A stretch of DNA of 64,000 nt from an uncultured delta proteobacterium (lineage in GTDB: Bacteria; Desulfobacterota; Syntrophobacteria; Syntrophobacterales; Syntrophobacteraceae). The stretch is from positions 1 to 64,000 of the forward strand of contig CAWEHK010000002.1 of assembly GCA_963808625.1 (NCBI GenBank). Direction: 5' to 3'. The position numbers were made by a program, and so were the translations under genes. Under the pieces are notes generated by a model. The model did not search any database and was not told the DNA's origin. It saw only the letters and a list, made by a program, of their open reading frames with translations. Shown one piece after another: positions 30,750 to 42,015 of this stretch; the stretch's first letter is position 1, and the number at the start of each line of letters is the position of its first letter.

Positions 30750-31291
30750 TGTCAAAGTACCTGATTGATTCAGACGCTTGGCTCGCTCTTCGAAAGTTGT
30801 CCGTTCTCGATCTGATGATAACTGCCACGACATTTCCCAGACCATTACTCATGTGTGAATATGCTGCGCGCCACGAGCTTTCCTCGATTTCTGGCGAGTT
30901 GTCAAACCTCGAGCGCCAGACCCATCTGACTATTTGCAGTGTCCATGCAAAAGAGAAGAAGCTAAAGATCCGCAGTTTGATTAGAGAAGGAACTGACAAG
31001 GGTGAAGCAGAGGCGATTGTTTGGTCTTTGGCTCAAGATAACGATTGCCGCCCGTGTTTCGTCTCCGTCGATAGAGGGGCGAGAAGGATAGCAAGGGAAG
31101 AAGGTCTTGTCGCAGGCGATGTCTTTGATTTGATTGTCGACCTACTTGTCAGGAGTATACTTGATGCTGCGGAGGTCCAAATTAAGCTGCTTGTCTGGGA
31201 AGACCGGAGGCAACAACTTGGTCGTCCTTCTGACTTCACTAACTTCGAAGAGACGCTGAAGAAACGCCAGCGTAAACCGTGGTCAGGATGA
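30749..31291 (+). CDS. PIN-like domain protein
   Basis: 'YLIDSD', 'DKGEAEAI', 'VSVDRGARRIA'; TAATG coupling to the peptidase gene. Confidence 0.78.
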   Translation: MSKYLIDSDAWLALRKLSVLDLMITATTFPRPLLMCEYAARHELSSISGELSNLERQTHLTICSVHAKEKKLKIRSLIREGTDKGEAEAIVWSLAQDNDCRPCFVSVDRGARRIAREEGLVAGDVFDLIVDLLVRSILDAAEVQIKLLVWEDRRQQLGRPSDFTNFEETLKKRQRKPWSG

Positions 31292-31453
31292 GTGTCCGCC
31301 CAAGCTGTCATGCCTGCCCGGGTATATAGCATGAGTAAATTTATGCGTAAAACTCCATAAGACAGGGTAAAATTGGCACTCTGGATACAGAGAGTACAGA
31401 GAAGAAGCTATATTTTATGCGGTTTTGCGGGGTTTATCGTGCCTGCTCTCTTT

Positions 31454-31498
31454 TTCGTAATCAGCAGGTCGCGGGTTCGAATCCCATCGCCGGCTCCA
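31454..31498 (+). repeat. att repeat 3 (tRNA-Thr 3' half)
   Basis: 45/45 identity to 17430-17474. Confidence 0.93.
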
Positions 31499-32040
31499 AT
31501 AAAATCAAGGAGATGCACTTTTTGCAGGTCGCATCTTTTTTGACGCTGGAGACATTCGCTCACCGGTCACCACAGAAACAGTTTGTGCTAAAACCAGGGC
31601 AAACACCCTCTTTCACCCCCCGAGAAGGAAGAGTTCCTGCGTCAAAACGAATTTGCCCCGAGCCGACCATGATTCCCGCCAACAGGGGGTCACATCACGT
31701 GGTTCTTATCGTCACTTCCCGGAGAATCGCCACTCAAAGGTCCTGTTTCTTGTTGTCTTTTCCACCGATTTGAGAGTATCCTTTTCCTGTTCCCGCCCGC
31801 CAAAGGGGTGTTCCCTGGTTTTGTGTCAATTCCCCCTTGCCTCGCGGGAATGACGCCATACGCTTTTGTCTTTCGTCGAAACCACCAGGTCACGGAGGGA
31901 CGGCGCGAGATCAGATCAGCATTTAGCAGACAAGCAGTCTCCTTTTTATCAACAACCATCGTGAACGATTAATCTTCGGAGCAAAAAGCAAAAGAAGCGA
32001 TTGCAGCCGTTGTTTCTTTTTCGGAAGGGGGCGATTCGGA

Positions 32041-33663
32041 ATGAACCAGGGCTCTTTTTCAAAGCTTCGCGTTGCTATTGTGGTCCCGGCCAAGAAGTTT
32101 CTGAGCCTTGGAGGGTTGCTGTGGACGCAGCGGTATGGCCCTTTGCAGGTCGCGTCGGTGGTTCGGGACGCGGGCTACGTGGTGCGACTCTTCAATGAAG
32201 AACTGGGCCTTCGGGTCTCTGCCGAACAATTGGCGCAGGAATTTGATGTCGTTGGTTTCTCCTGTAAGAGCTCAGCCCTCACCCGAGCGGAAGAACTGGC
32301 CGAAGCGGTCAAAAGCGTGGCAAAAGAGCAAGGGCGCCGTGTGGTGACGGTGCTTGGAGGCGAACATGTCTCCATGGGCGGCGACAGCCGCCTTTCCCCG
32401 CAGTTTGACTACATGCTGTGCGGTGAATCGGAGGAAGCCTTTGTCGCTCTGCTGAAGGCGATAGAATCAGCGGAAAGCAAAGCAGGGAAAGTCTTCCATG
32501 CCTCTCTCGAAAACCATCACACCTGTGGATGTTTCAATAACATTCCCGATCTATCACTGGTCGTGGGCTACGATGGGACCGCCCAGGGATTCTTCTTCAG
32601 GCATCTTCCCCTGCTCTGGACCTTGAAGCAAAAGCAACTGCCCGTGCTCACCTTCCAAGGGACCAGAGGATGTCCTTACAACTGCGCGTTTTGCCCCACG
32701 CCGCGCTACCTGCAAGGCAATGGCTATCGCCGGCGAAGCATCGAAAGTGGCCTTGCCTATCTTCAGGAGCACATCGCGAGGTCGGGCCTTCGTCGGGTGA
32801 TGTTCGAGGACCCAACCGCCGCTCTTCCCTTCGACAAGGAATGTCACCGATTTTTCGAGGCGCTTGCCCGGAGTCCTCTTTCGATGAAAGCCTCGGTGTT
32901 CGTGCGGGCGGACTTATGTGAGGACCGTCGACTGCTGGAGCTCATGAGGGCTGCCGGGGTGGCCAATCTCAGTATCGGGATTGAATCCCTCAGCGACCGG
33001 GCCCGGCATGATTTCAAGAAAAGAACGTCCTATGACACCATCAGGAAGTCGGTGGACGTCTTTCATGAATATGGGTTTACTCTTACAGCCCTCTTTATCG
33101 TCGGGTATGACACCGACGATATGGACAGTTTTCAAAGAATTCATGACTTCATCAACGAGTCCGGCATCGAAAAATGGAAGGCCTCGCCATTATCCCAGAT
33201 GCCCGAAGCGCCCGATCAATTCTTGCCTGCGCACCGTTACTTTCTATGGGATGAATTCAGTCGTTTTGGTCGAGAGGTGGTCGATTACGCAAACGGAGAA
33301 TACGCTATTTTTTTCCCGAAGCACATGAAGCCGTCTACCCTCCAGAAAAAGATCATGGAATTTGACCGCTCGGCCACCTCTTTCGGGGACTTGGTCAGGC
33401 TTTTCGGAAAACGCAGAAATCTCCGTTCAGCGTTTAGCCGACTGGGCAATAATCTCGCCCAAAGAATCGTGCAAAGCGAGATCGCGGCTTCGAAGTATTT
33501 CGAAATGGTGCAGGAAGTGGAGACACCCTTTTATCTCAACAGCAACGGGAAGGAAACATTGCGGGAAGAGCTCCTGCTGAGACGCTACCAGAAACGGAAA
33601 GAGCGCCGCAACCTGATCAATGACCAACAAGCCCCGAATCCTTTGTACAGATCCACACAATGA
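32041..33663 (+). CDS. B12-binding-domain radical SAM protein
   Basis: 'VLGGEH', 'TRGCPYNCAFC', 'IGIES', 'FIVGYDTD'. Confidence 0.85.
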   Translation: MNQGSFSKLRVAIVVPAKKFLSLGGLLWTQRYGPLQVASVVRDAGYVVRLFNEELGLRVSAEQLAQEFDVVGFSCKSSALTRAEELAEAVKSVAKEQGRRVVTVLGGEHVSMGGDSRLSPQFDYMLCGESEEAFVALLKAIESAESKAGKVFHASLENHHTCGCFNNIPDLSLVVGYDGTAQGFFFRHLPLLWTLKQKQLPVLTFQGTRGCPYNCAFCPTPRYLQGNGYRRRSIESGLAYLQEHIARSGLRRVMFEDPTAALPFDKECHRFFEALARSPLSMKASVFVRADLCEDRRLLELMRAAGVANLSIGIESLSDRARHDFKKRTSYDTIRKSVDVFHEYGFTLTALFIVGYDTDDMDSFQRIHDFINESGIEKWKASPLSQMPEAPDQFLPAHRYFLWDEFSRFGREVVDYANGEYAIFFPKHMKPSTLQKKIMEFDRSATSFGDLVRLFGKRRNLRSAFSRLGNNLAQRIVQSEIAASKYFEMVQEVETPFYLNSNGKETLREELLLRRYQKRKERRNLINDQQAPNPLYRSTQ

Positions 33664-33729
33664 AGTGACCATGATTCTCACGCGTCGACCACCTCCTCCG
33701 CCACCGAGCGAGAAAACCCATGTTGCCGC

Positions 33730-36700
33730 TCATATGCTCTTCATCGATGCCAATGCCTCCTGAGCCTGGTTGAGGAAAACATCGGCGTCACACTCTTCAA
33801 AGGCCTCAATTGCGTTGGTGATGCACTCACGGGCTTTCTCCGTCCTGCCTCTGGCCTTATGCAGACGACCCAACTCAAGGTAAGCCTGTCCAAGAACACT
33901 TTTAGCCCCAATCTCTCCTGCTGTCTCGATGGCAATATTCAGGTTTTCCTCCGCCTTCTTGTGGGCAAAAGGATAAGTCCGCATCAGAAAGCCGATGTTC
34001 TTAGCGAGAAAAGAGAACCCCTTTTTCTCTCCGTCGCCCCGGGAGATCTTTGAGTACACCATCCCCATCAAACAGCTTCCGGCAGCGTAGCGATAAAGGC
34101 TCTTGCGTTCGAGCCATACCCGCATTGCATTTTCATAGAGACCTATTCCATGTTTCAGATCACCCTTAGCGATCAAAACTATTCCCTTGGCTGCCTGAGA
34201 GGCTGTCCCAAGATGTTCATAACCTGACTTTTCGCTATGCTCGATGACCTCCTCAAGAGTGCTTTGGGCTTCCTCCACCTGGCCGGCGGAGAGGCAGCAC
34301 AATCCGAGCACGAATTTTGCCGCATAGGATGTCGCTGGACTGGGTGAAACCTGGATACTCTTTCTGCAAAATTCAATTGCTGCGAGGAAGTCACCCGCTA
34401 TCGAACGGCTATGGGCCATTGAAATATAATGGTAGGCGATGGAATTAAGTATCAGCGTGTTTCCTGCCGTGGTCTAAAAGAAACTGGCCTATTTCAGCAG
34501 TCTTTTTAACATCGCCTTTGAAATAATAGGCATAACCGGAATTAATTAAAGCGATTGAAAACAGATAATGGTCTGATCCAAAACGATTCGCTGCCTCCCT
34601 TGCCCTTTCCCCGTAAATAGTCGCTTCGTCGAGAAGTCCCAAATCAGCTCCGATCGTCGCGAGCCATGCACAACTGTAACCCATCACCTTTAATATCGCC
34701 GATTTTCTCGCCTATTTGCAGGGCCTTCTGTAGATATTGATAACCCTCTTGTAGTCTTTCCCTCCGTTGAAGTGCGAAGCCAAGCCAGTTATAGAACATC
34801 ACAAGCTGTTCCTTGTCGGCATCAGACTCCGCCAGAGCTTCATGTGCCTTAAAGAGATCAATGAGGCCCATATAATCAGCACGAAAATGGTACGTATAGC
34901 CCCATTTTATGATAAGGTCGATCAGGAGTTTCTCTTCCTTCCTTGTTCTATCGGGCTTGCCCGATAACAGGTCATAGGCTTCTTTGAAATAGGAGTCACA
35001 TTCATCGAGGGCATATCTCTGGAGACTCTTTTCACCTGCTTTCGTAAGGTAGTCCACGGCCTTAAGGAGAGATTGCCCCTGCCTGTAATGATAGGCAAGG
35101 GTTTCGTAAAACTCGGGCAATCTGTCGTGGAATAACTGTTCCATCACAAGGCCGATGCGTTCGTGCAAAGCCTGACGCTCCTTTTTGAGCAGACCATTAT
35201 AGACCACTTCCTGGGTCAGGGCATGTTTGAAGATATATTCGAGGTCGGGCTCAATGGTTCTCGCCCTGATGAAATCAAGCCTCTCCAGCCCAACGAGGGA
35301 TTTATCAACAACGGCATTGAGGTCGGTGATCCTCGTTAGAATCTCGTAGAGGAAAGCCCTCCCGATAACGGATGCCTCCTGGAGAATCCGTTTTGCCTCC
35401 CACTCCAATCGGTCAAGCCTCGCCGTAATAAGCCCCTGAACCGTAGAGGGGATGACCGTTTCACTGATCCGCGTCGTCAGTTCCCAACTCCCACTTTCCC
35501 GAATGAGCGTTTCCGATTCGATCAGAGCGTTGACAGCCTCTTCGAGGTAAAAGGGATTCCCTTCGACCCTGGCCTGGATAAATCGCCTGAGATCGGAGGG
35601 GATGACCTCTGTCTTGAGGAGAGATTCCACCATGGTCTCAGCTTCCGAGGTAGAGAGGTCCTGGAGTTTGATCTCATTGTAGAATTTGCTCAGCCCCGTT
35701 AATTGATGAGAAATCAACAGACTGAAAGGAGGCCTGTAGGCGCAGATAAAAACGGCTGGAAGCTGAAAATCCTTCAGGATGAAACGCAGAAATTCTATGG
35801 ATGAACTATCCGACCAATGCAGGTCTTCAAAGCAGATGACCGTCGGCCCTCGCCTCGTGAGCGCTGAAAGGATCGATTGAACCCCAGCATAGAGCCTTGA
35901 TTTCCATAACTCGGGGCTGACTCCTTCGATCTCCTGGTAGTTCAATGAGTAGAGCGTGCCGATATAAGGGATCACGCCTTCCTCATTCCCAAGCAGATGC
36001 GTGATCCCGGATTCGACTTTACGCCTCACTGTCTCCGAGGAGTCGCCTTCCTCAATCTGCCAGGCTCTGCTGAAAAGATCGATAAGCGGATAGTAGGGAA
36101 TGTTCTGGGCATAGGCATAACAGTGCCCCTCCCGCCACTGGATGTCCTGTGAACTCAGGGTACGTCTGAACTCCTCAATGAGGCGGCTCTTGCCTGTACC
36201 GGCATCACCAACAATGGAGAAAATAAACCCCTTGCCCTGCTTTAGGTTTGCGACGGCCTCCTGCAGCTGGGCCATCTCCGTTTTTCTTCCGATCAGTTCC
36301 GCCCTCATACCGGAGAGCCGGTGAGTCTTGGTGGGTTCCTCTCTGGGCGACAGGACTTTGTACGGCTTTATAGGTCTAGCTTTGCCTCTTACGGTGATGG
36401 GTTCCAGAGCTTCAAAGGTGAAGTATCCCTCTGCCAGGTGATAGGTGTCGCGATTGACCAGAATTTCACCGGGCTTTGCCAAATCTGTAAGTCTTGAAGC
36501 GACATTGATGGTGTCCCCTAATACTCCAGGAGATCCCTTTTCCAGATCGGCCTCACCCGTAAGGACAAGACCGGTGCAAATGCCAGTGTGCATGGCCAAC
36601 GGCTTACCAACTGGCCTTGTATATCTTGGGCTAAGGGATGAGACTATTTCGTGGATATCTCGGGCCGCTTTAATTGCTCTGATGGGATCATCTTCGTGAG

Positions 36701-37106
36701 CAGCAGGAAAACCGAACAGGGCCATAGCAGCATCACCGAGAAACCTCTCGATGAAGCCTTCGTATTTGGCAACTACCCTGGATATTTCCCCGAAGATCTT
36801 TCCCATAAGCTCCTCAACTTCTTCGGGGTCTAATTTCTCCGTCATGGCTGTATAGCCGGACAAATCGGAGAAAAGCACGGTGATAAACTTGCGTTCGCTG
36901 TCAGATACGGGGATTGGCTTTGCTTCCGAGGTCCGGAATTCTTGAACGGTGGGTGTCCTTAATTGATGTCCACATTTACCGCAGAATTGATCCTCCGGAA
37001 GGTATTCACAATTACATTGAGGACAAGTCAATAACAGCTTTTCCCCACAACCTCGGCAGAAGCTATTTGTCTCTGGATTCTCCGTGTGGCATTTACAGCA
37101 TTGCAT
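33730..37106 (-). CDS. Double Zn-ribbon - class III adenylate/guanylate cyclase - AAA (STAND) - TPR protein (frameshifts)
   Basis: CxxC repeats, 'TVLFSDLSGYT', 'FLGDA', 'GDTINVASRL', 'GDAGTGKSRL', 'FEDLHW', 'GNPFYLEE', 'FKHAL'. Confidence 0.9.
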
Positions 37107-37241
37107 CCTTTAATCTCCTTAAAAGAATGGTGGCAAGAGGTGATAAAGGATCGCATTTCAAGATATTCCTGAATACCAGATGCTCCGGCAACGGTCAAGA
37201 AAGTGTTGTTCCCAATTTCCGGAAAGACATGATAAGAATTT

Positions 37242-37860
37242 TCACAGCATCCCACTGCTGGCCAAACGATTGCGGTGCGGGATGATCATCTGGTCGCAAT
37301 CGGAGTGCGCGGCACTGGAATACCCCACGTCCTCGGCGCTCATGATTTCCATGGCGCTGTTCTCGCGTTTCCTCGGTTGGGCCTTGAGAACCACGGGGAC
37401 TTCCATCTCTTCGGCGAGGAGCTTGAAGGCAGGAGTCGCCTGCGCGATCTGCTCGTTTACCCGGTTCGAGCGGCAGGGGAGATGAAGGCTGTCAAAGACG
37501 ACGGATTGAATGCCGTATCGCTGGATGGCTTCCCGGATAAGGCCCAGGACGTCTTCGATTTGGTGATGCTCGTAAAAATAGCCGAAGTGGAGCGGGGTAT
37601 TCTCGAAGAGCACCCGAACATTCCGAATGTCCTGGAGCGTGGGGTGTTCCACCCGGTATTACGCCTGAATGACCATGCGGATCAGTCGTTCCGGGCGCAT
37701 CTCCAGGCAAAAGAAAAGGACCGGTATCCAACACCGGACGGGGCGCCGGCTGGTATCGAGCATCCATGTGGTTTTTCCGGTTTTGCGGAGGGCCGTGACG
37801 ATCATGAGATCTCCCGGCTTCCAGCCACGGATGATGTGGTTGACGTTCTCCCATGGGGTC
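37242..37860 (-). pseudogene. DnaB/SF4 helicase C-terminal remnant
   Basis: 'GWKPGDLMIVTA.RKTGKTT', 'FFCLEM', 'VVFDSLH', 'FKLLAEEMEVPVV..AQPRK'; broken into two frames with no proper N-terminus. Confidence 0.7.
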
Positions 37861-37881
37861 TGGAGACTCCGTATCGCTGGC

Positions 37882-38598
37882 TCAGTGGAGTCTTCCACCA
37901 CCATCAACATCAAGCACCGCACCGGTCGTGTAACCATTCGTAACAAGATAGAGAGCTGCTTCGGCGATTTCATCCGGCTTGCCGACCCGGCCTACAGGCA
38001 GATTCCCGCCCATCTGTTGGTAGAAGCCTTGCTTTTCTTCAGGGGACATCCAGTCATAGGCGGGGGTATCCACCAAACCGGGGGAAAGGATATTGACGCG
38101 GATTGGCGCGAGTTCCTTTGCCAGGGTGAATGCCATGCACATGATCGCGCCGTTGACGGCAGCCAGACCGGCCGTGCCTGGTATCGCCGAGCGCGCCGCG
38201 CCACCGATGGTGAAGAGGATGGAACCGTTCTTGCGCAAGTAGGGTGCCGCATATTTCGCACAAAAGAAATAGCCCCAGAACTTGTTTCTGAAGGCACTTT
38301 CGAGGGCAGCGGTCTGAATTTCCTGGAAGGTTCCCCAAGCGGGCAAACCTGCACCCATCAAGACGAGATGGTCGAAAGGACCAACCGATTCAAAGAAACT
38401 GCGCACGGATTCTTCGTCCGTGAAATCAAGAGATTTCGCCTCGGCCTTTCCTTCAATCTCGGCCAGCGCAGCTTTCAGCTTTTCTTCGGATCGTGACGCC
38501 ATCACAACATCGGCGCCTTTCCGTGCCAAAAGCTTTGCGGTGGCAAGCCCCATACCCGAACTTCCTCCAATCACCACAGCCTTTTGTTGTGTCAACAT
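37882..38598 (-). CDS. SDR family oxidoreductase
   Basis: 'VIGGSSGMG', 'IRVNILSPG', 'TGAVLDVDGG'. Confidence 0.9.
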   Translation of the reverse strand: MLTQQKAVVIGGSSGMGLATAKLLARKGADVVMASRSEEKLKAALAEIEGKAEAKSLDFTDEESVRSFFESVGPFDHLVLMGAGLPAWGTFQEIQTAALESAFRNKFWGYFFCAKYAAPYLRKNGSILFTIGGAARSAIPGTAGLAAVNGAIMCMAFTLAKELAPIRVNILSPGLVDTPAYDWMSPEEKQGFYQQMGGNLPVGRVGKPDEIAEAALYLVTNGYTTGAVLDVDGGGRLH

Positions 38599-38979
38599 AT
38601 AAACCTCCTGAATTCGACCTTCCTAAAGACCGCCGACGTGGCGGAAGAGACTGGCAACGCATACCGGCCACCCCGACCATCTATATCACATGGTTGCTGT
38701 TTGGCAATGTACAGCTCCTGAATGGAAATCAATGAAGAGGTTATTCAGGATGGTCCACTGTTCAATCAGATTCCATTTAGCCTCTCGAAGTGATAAATTA
38801 AGTGCGGCCCTCCGTCTTTCCCATGAACTGGGTATCAAAGGCTGAACAGCCAGGGTTTCCCGCTTCGGTGCCTCTTGAAGGGGGCGGTCTAAAGGGCATT
38901 GTTATCTGGAACGTTCTCGTCAATGGCATGGCACTTTTGACCTCTCCGGGGCTGCCTTGACGAAAAGGAGGATTTATCG

Positions 38980-40632
38980 ATGGCGATCCATGAACTGGCA
39001 GGAAAGCCGGCGCCCCGATCGATGCTCGTTAACATTCCGCGCTTGGTAACCGCTTACTACGTGAACCACCCCGAGCCGGGAGACAAGTCCCAGCAAGTGG
39101 CATTCGGCACCTCCGGACACCGGGGCTCTTCGTTGAAATCGAGCTTCAACGAAGATCACATTCTCGCCACAACTCAGGCAATCTGTGACTACAGGACGGC
39201 AAACAGCATCACCGGTCCGCTCTTTCTCGGGAAGGACACTCACGCCCTCTCCGAGCCCAGTTTGGTAACCGCCCTGGAAGTGCTCGCCGCCAACGGGGTC
39301 GAAGTCATGCTGCAGAAAGGCTTTGGCTATACCCCGACGCCGGTCATTTCCCACGCTATTCTCACCTATAATCGCGGGAAATCATCAGGTCTTGCCGACG
39401 GCATTGTGATCACGCCTTCCCATAATCCGCCCGAAGATGGCGGCTTCAAATACAATCCTCCCAATGGTGGTCCCGCCGACACCAACACGACCCGCTGGAT
39501 AGAAACTCGCGCCAACGACCTGCTGGCCGCCAGAAACAACGGGGTGAAGAGGATCAGCTATGAGCGGGCCTTGGCTGCTTCCAGTACGCACCTTTACGAT
39601 TATCTCGGACCCTATGTCAGGGACCTCGAAAATGTCATCGACCTCGAGATCATTGCTTCCGCGGGATCAAGATCGGCGTAGACCCCCTGGGAGGGGCCTC
39701 CGTAGCCTTTTGGGAACCGCTCGCGGAACATTACGGACTTGCGATTGACGTCGTCAACCCGGCAGTTGACCCCACCTTCGGTTTCATGACCGTGGATAAA
39801 GACGGCAAAATCAGGATGGATTGCTCATCTCCCTATGCCATGGCCGGCCTCATCCGCCTGAAGGATAAGTACGACATTGCCTTCGGAAACGATCCCGACT
39901 GCGACCGCCACGGTATCGTAGCCCCGAGCGCGGGACTGCTGAACCCCAATCACTATCTTTCCGTGGCCATCTGGTACCTGTTCCAGCACCGCTCTGGTTG
40001 GCGACCTGACGCCGTCATTGGCAAGACCTTGGTGAGCAGCAGCATGATCGACAGGGTGGCCGGGCATCTCGGACGGAGAGTCTCCGAGGTCCCCGTCGGG
40101 TTCAAATGGTTTGTGGACGGCCTGATCGACGGCTCTTACGGGTTCGGAGGCGAAGAAAGCGCGGGGGCGTCGTTCCTGCGAAAGGATGGCGTGCGTCTGG
40201 ACCACGGACAAAGACGGCATGATTCTGGACCTGCTGGCAGCGGAAATCACGGCCCGCACCGGACGCGATCCCGGTGAGCACTATCAGACCCTGACCGGGA
40301 TGTTCGGCAGTCCCCTGTACGAAAGGATCGATGCCGCAGCTACCCGCGACCAAAAGGCGGTCCTGGAAAAACTTTCCCCCGAACAGATTACCGCCTCGAC
40401 CCTGGCGGGAGAGACGATTCTCGCGAAGCTGACGCATGCTCCGGGAAACAGGGCTCCCATCGGGGGTCTTAAAGTGATCACCGAGAACGGTTGGTTTGCC
40501 GCCCGCCCCTCAGGCACGGAAGATGTTTACAAAATCTACACGGAGAGCTTCAAAGACCGGGAACACCTCAAGCGAATTCAGGATGAAGCCCAGGAAATGG
40601 TGAGCGCGGTGTTTCGCATGGCCGGTGTGTGA
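38980..40632 (+). CDS. pgm: Phosphoglucomutase (frameshifts)
   Basis: 'FGTSGHRG', 'TPSHNPP', 'NDPDCDRH', 'GGEESAG', 'ARPSGTE'. Confidence 0.93.
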
Positions 40633-40636
40633 ATAG

Positions 40637-40714
40637 TGGTTGATGGTTGATGGTTGATGGTTGGTGGTTGGTGGTTGATGGTTGATGGTTGGTCGGTTGA
40701 TGGTTGGTCGTTGA
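40637..40714 (+). repeat. Heptamer tandem repeat (TGGTTGA/TGGTTGG)n
   Basis: About 11 imperfect units directly after the pgm stop. Confidence 0.9.
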
Positions 40715-40853
40715 TGAAGGGGGTTGCTTTTGGCTTTTGGAGGGGGCTGTAGGGTTTGATCAATTATCATCATGGAGCGTTCGTGAGGGGGGCTTGGGAC
40801 TTCCGGTGATTCTGGACTCTGCTATTGGAGCGCGTCCAAAGGGATCCTCCAGT

Positions 40854-40933
40854 CGTCACCCCCGCATGCTTCTGGCGGGGGTCCAGGGATCGGAAGGCAC
40901 CTGGATTCCCGCTTAAACCATGCGGGAATGACG
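40854..40933. repeat. REP/RPE-like palindromic element, copy 1
   Basis: CGTCACCCCCGC..GCGGGGGTCCAG ... CTGGATTCCCGC..GCGGGAATGACG. Confidence 0.75.
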
Positions 40934-41028
40934 ATCTCGGACTGTTTACGCTGTCATGGCGGCTCGCGGCAATCACTACAGCGGCGTCTTTTCAGCCTTT
41001 TGGGACACCCTCTTAGAGGAAACAGCCA

Positions 41029-41876
41029 TGACTGATGCGCTGTTTGCACAGATTTTGACCGAACTCTATTCCTTTCAAGCCCTTGACCTGCTGACGATTG
41101 CCACGCTGGCGGTGCTCGAAGGGATCCTGTCGGTCGATAACGCCCTCGTTCTCGCCATCCTCGTCCGCACCCTGCCGAAACATCAGCAGAAGAAGGCGCT
41201 GGCCTACGGCATCGTGGGAGCCTTCGCGTTCCGGCTGATTGCCCTGCTGCTCGCTGCGTACCTGATGCGCCTCGTGATCTTTAAGCTCATCGGCGGCGCC
41301 TACCTCCTCTACCTTGCGATGAAACACATGTTCTTCTTTCACAAGGAAGAGGCTCACCAGCCGAGGGCATCGGTTGCCAGCAATTTCTGGAAGACCGTCT
41401 TTTTTGTGGAGCTGACGGACATCGCCTTTTCCATCGACAGCATCACCACGGCTGTTGCCATGAGCAACAAACTGCTGATCGTCTGGATCGGAGGAATCCT
41501 GGGGATCATCTCGTTGCGCCTCGTCTCGGGCGTCTTCATCCGCTTGCTCGAGAAATTGCCCAAGCTGGAAGACCTCGCCTACCAACTCATCTTCTTCATC
41601 GGCACGAAGCTCACCCTCGAGGCCTTCCATGTCGAGATCGAGCCCGACGCGTTCTGGCTGATGATGGGAGTGATCATTGTCCTTGGGTCGGCCCTGGTCT
41701 ACCGCGACCATTACCAGCGCAAAACTCAGAACAAATTTCACAACCTGCTGCTGAAACGCATACGCGAAGGCGATATCACCCTGGAGGAACTGCTTGCCCT
41801 GGATTACCTTCCGCGAGAAATCATCACCTACCTGATGAAAGAAGAATTGTCTGCAGGTCCAACTGCCTCCAAGTGA
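41029..41876 (+). CDS. TerC/YkoY-family membrane protein
   Basis: 'LEGILSVDNALV', 'VELTDIAFSIDSI'. Confidence 0.88.
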
Positions 41877-42015
41877 TCAAGGAATTGATCCACCCAGGCC
41901 CCTGGAATAGCCCTTTCATGTCAATGAAGATGGTAAGTCCTGAGGCGGGTTGAAAACCCGCCCTCCGTTAACCCGGAATAGTCCTCATCATGTTAGTGGA
42001 GAATTCAAGGTTGTC

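Larger units (their letters stand above)
28743..31498. mobile_element. 2.7 kb integrase-less islet in tandem at tRNA-Thr
   Basis: Bounded by att repeats 2 and 3, with paired ATGAGTAA-type repeats near both ends. Confidence 0.8.

Noticed and set aside
31590..31660. c-di-GMP-I riboswitch upstream of the radical SAM gene
   Set aside because: GGCAAAC is present but the GAAA tetraloop stem and GACGCAAA segment are not.
40637..40714. Heptamer tract as CRISPR or a coding repeat
   Set aside because: No spacers; the overlapping ORFs are low-complexity translations without support.
40780..41028. yybP-ykoY Mn riboswitch before TerC
   Set aside because: Consensus GGGGAGTAG core not found; the structure there is the palindromic repeat.
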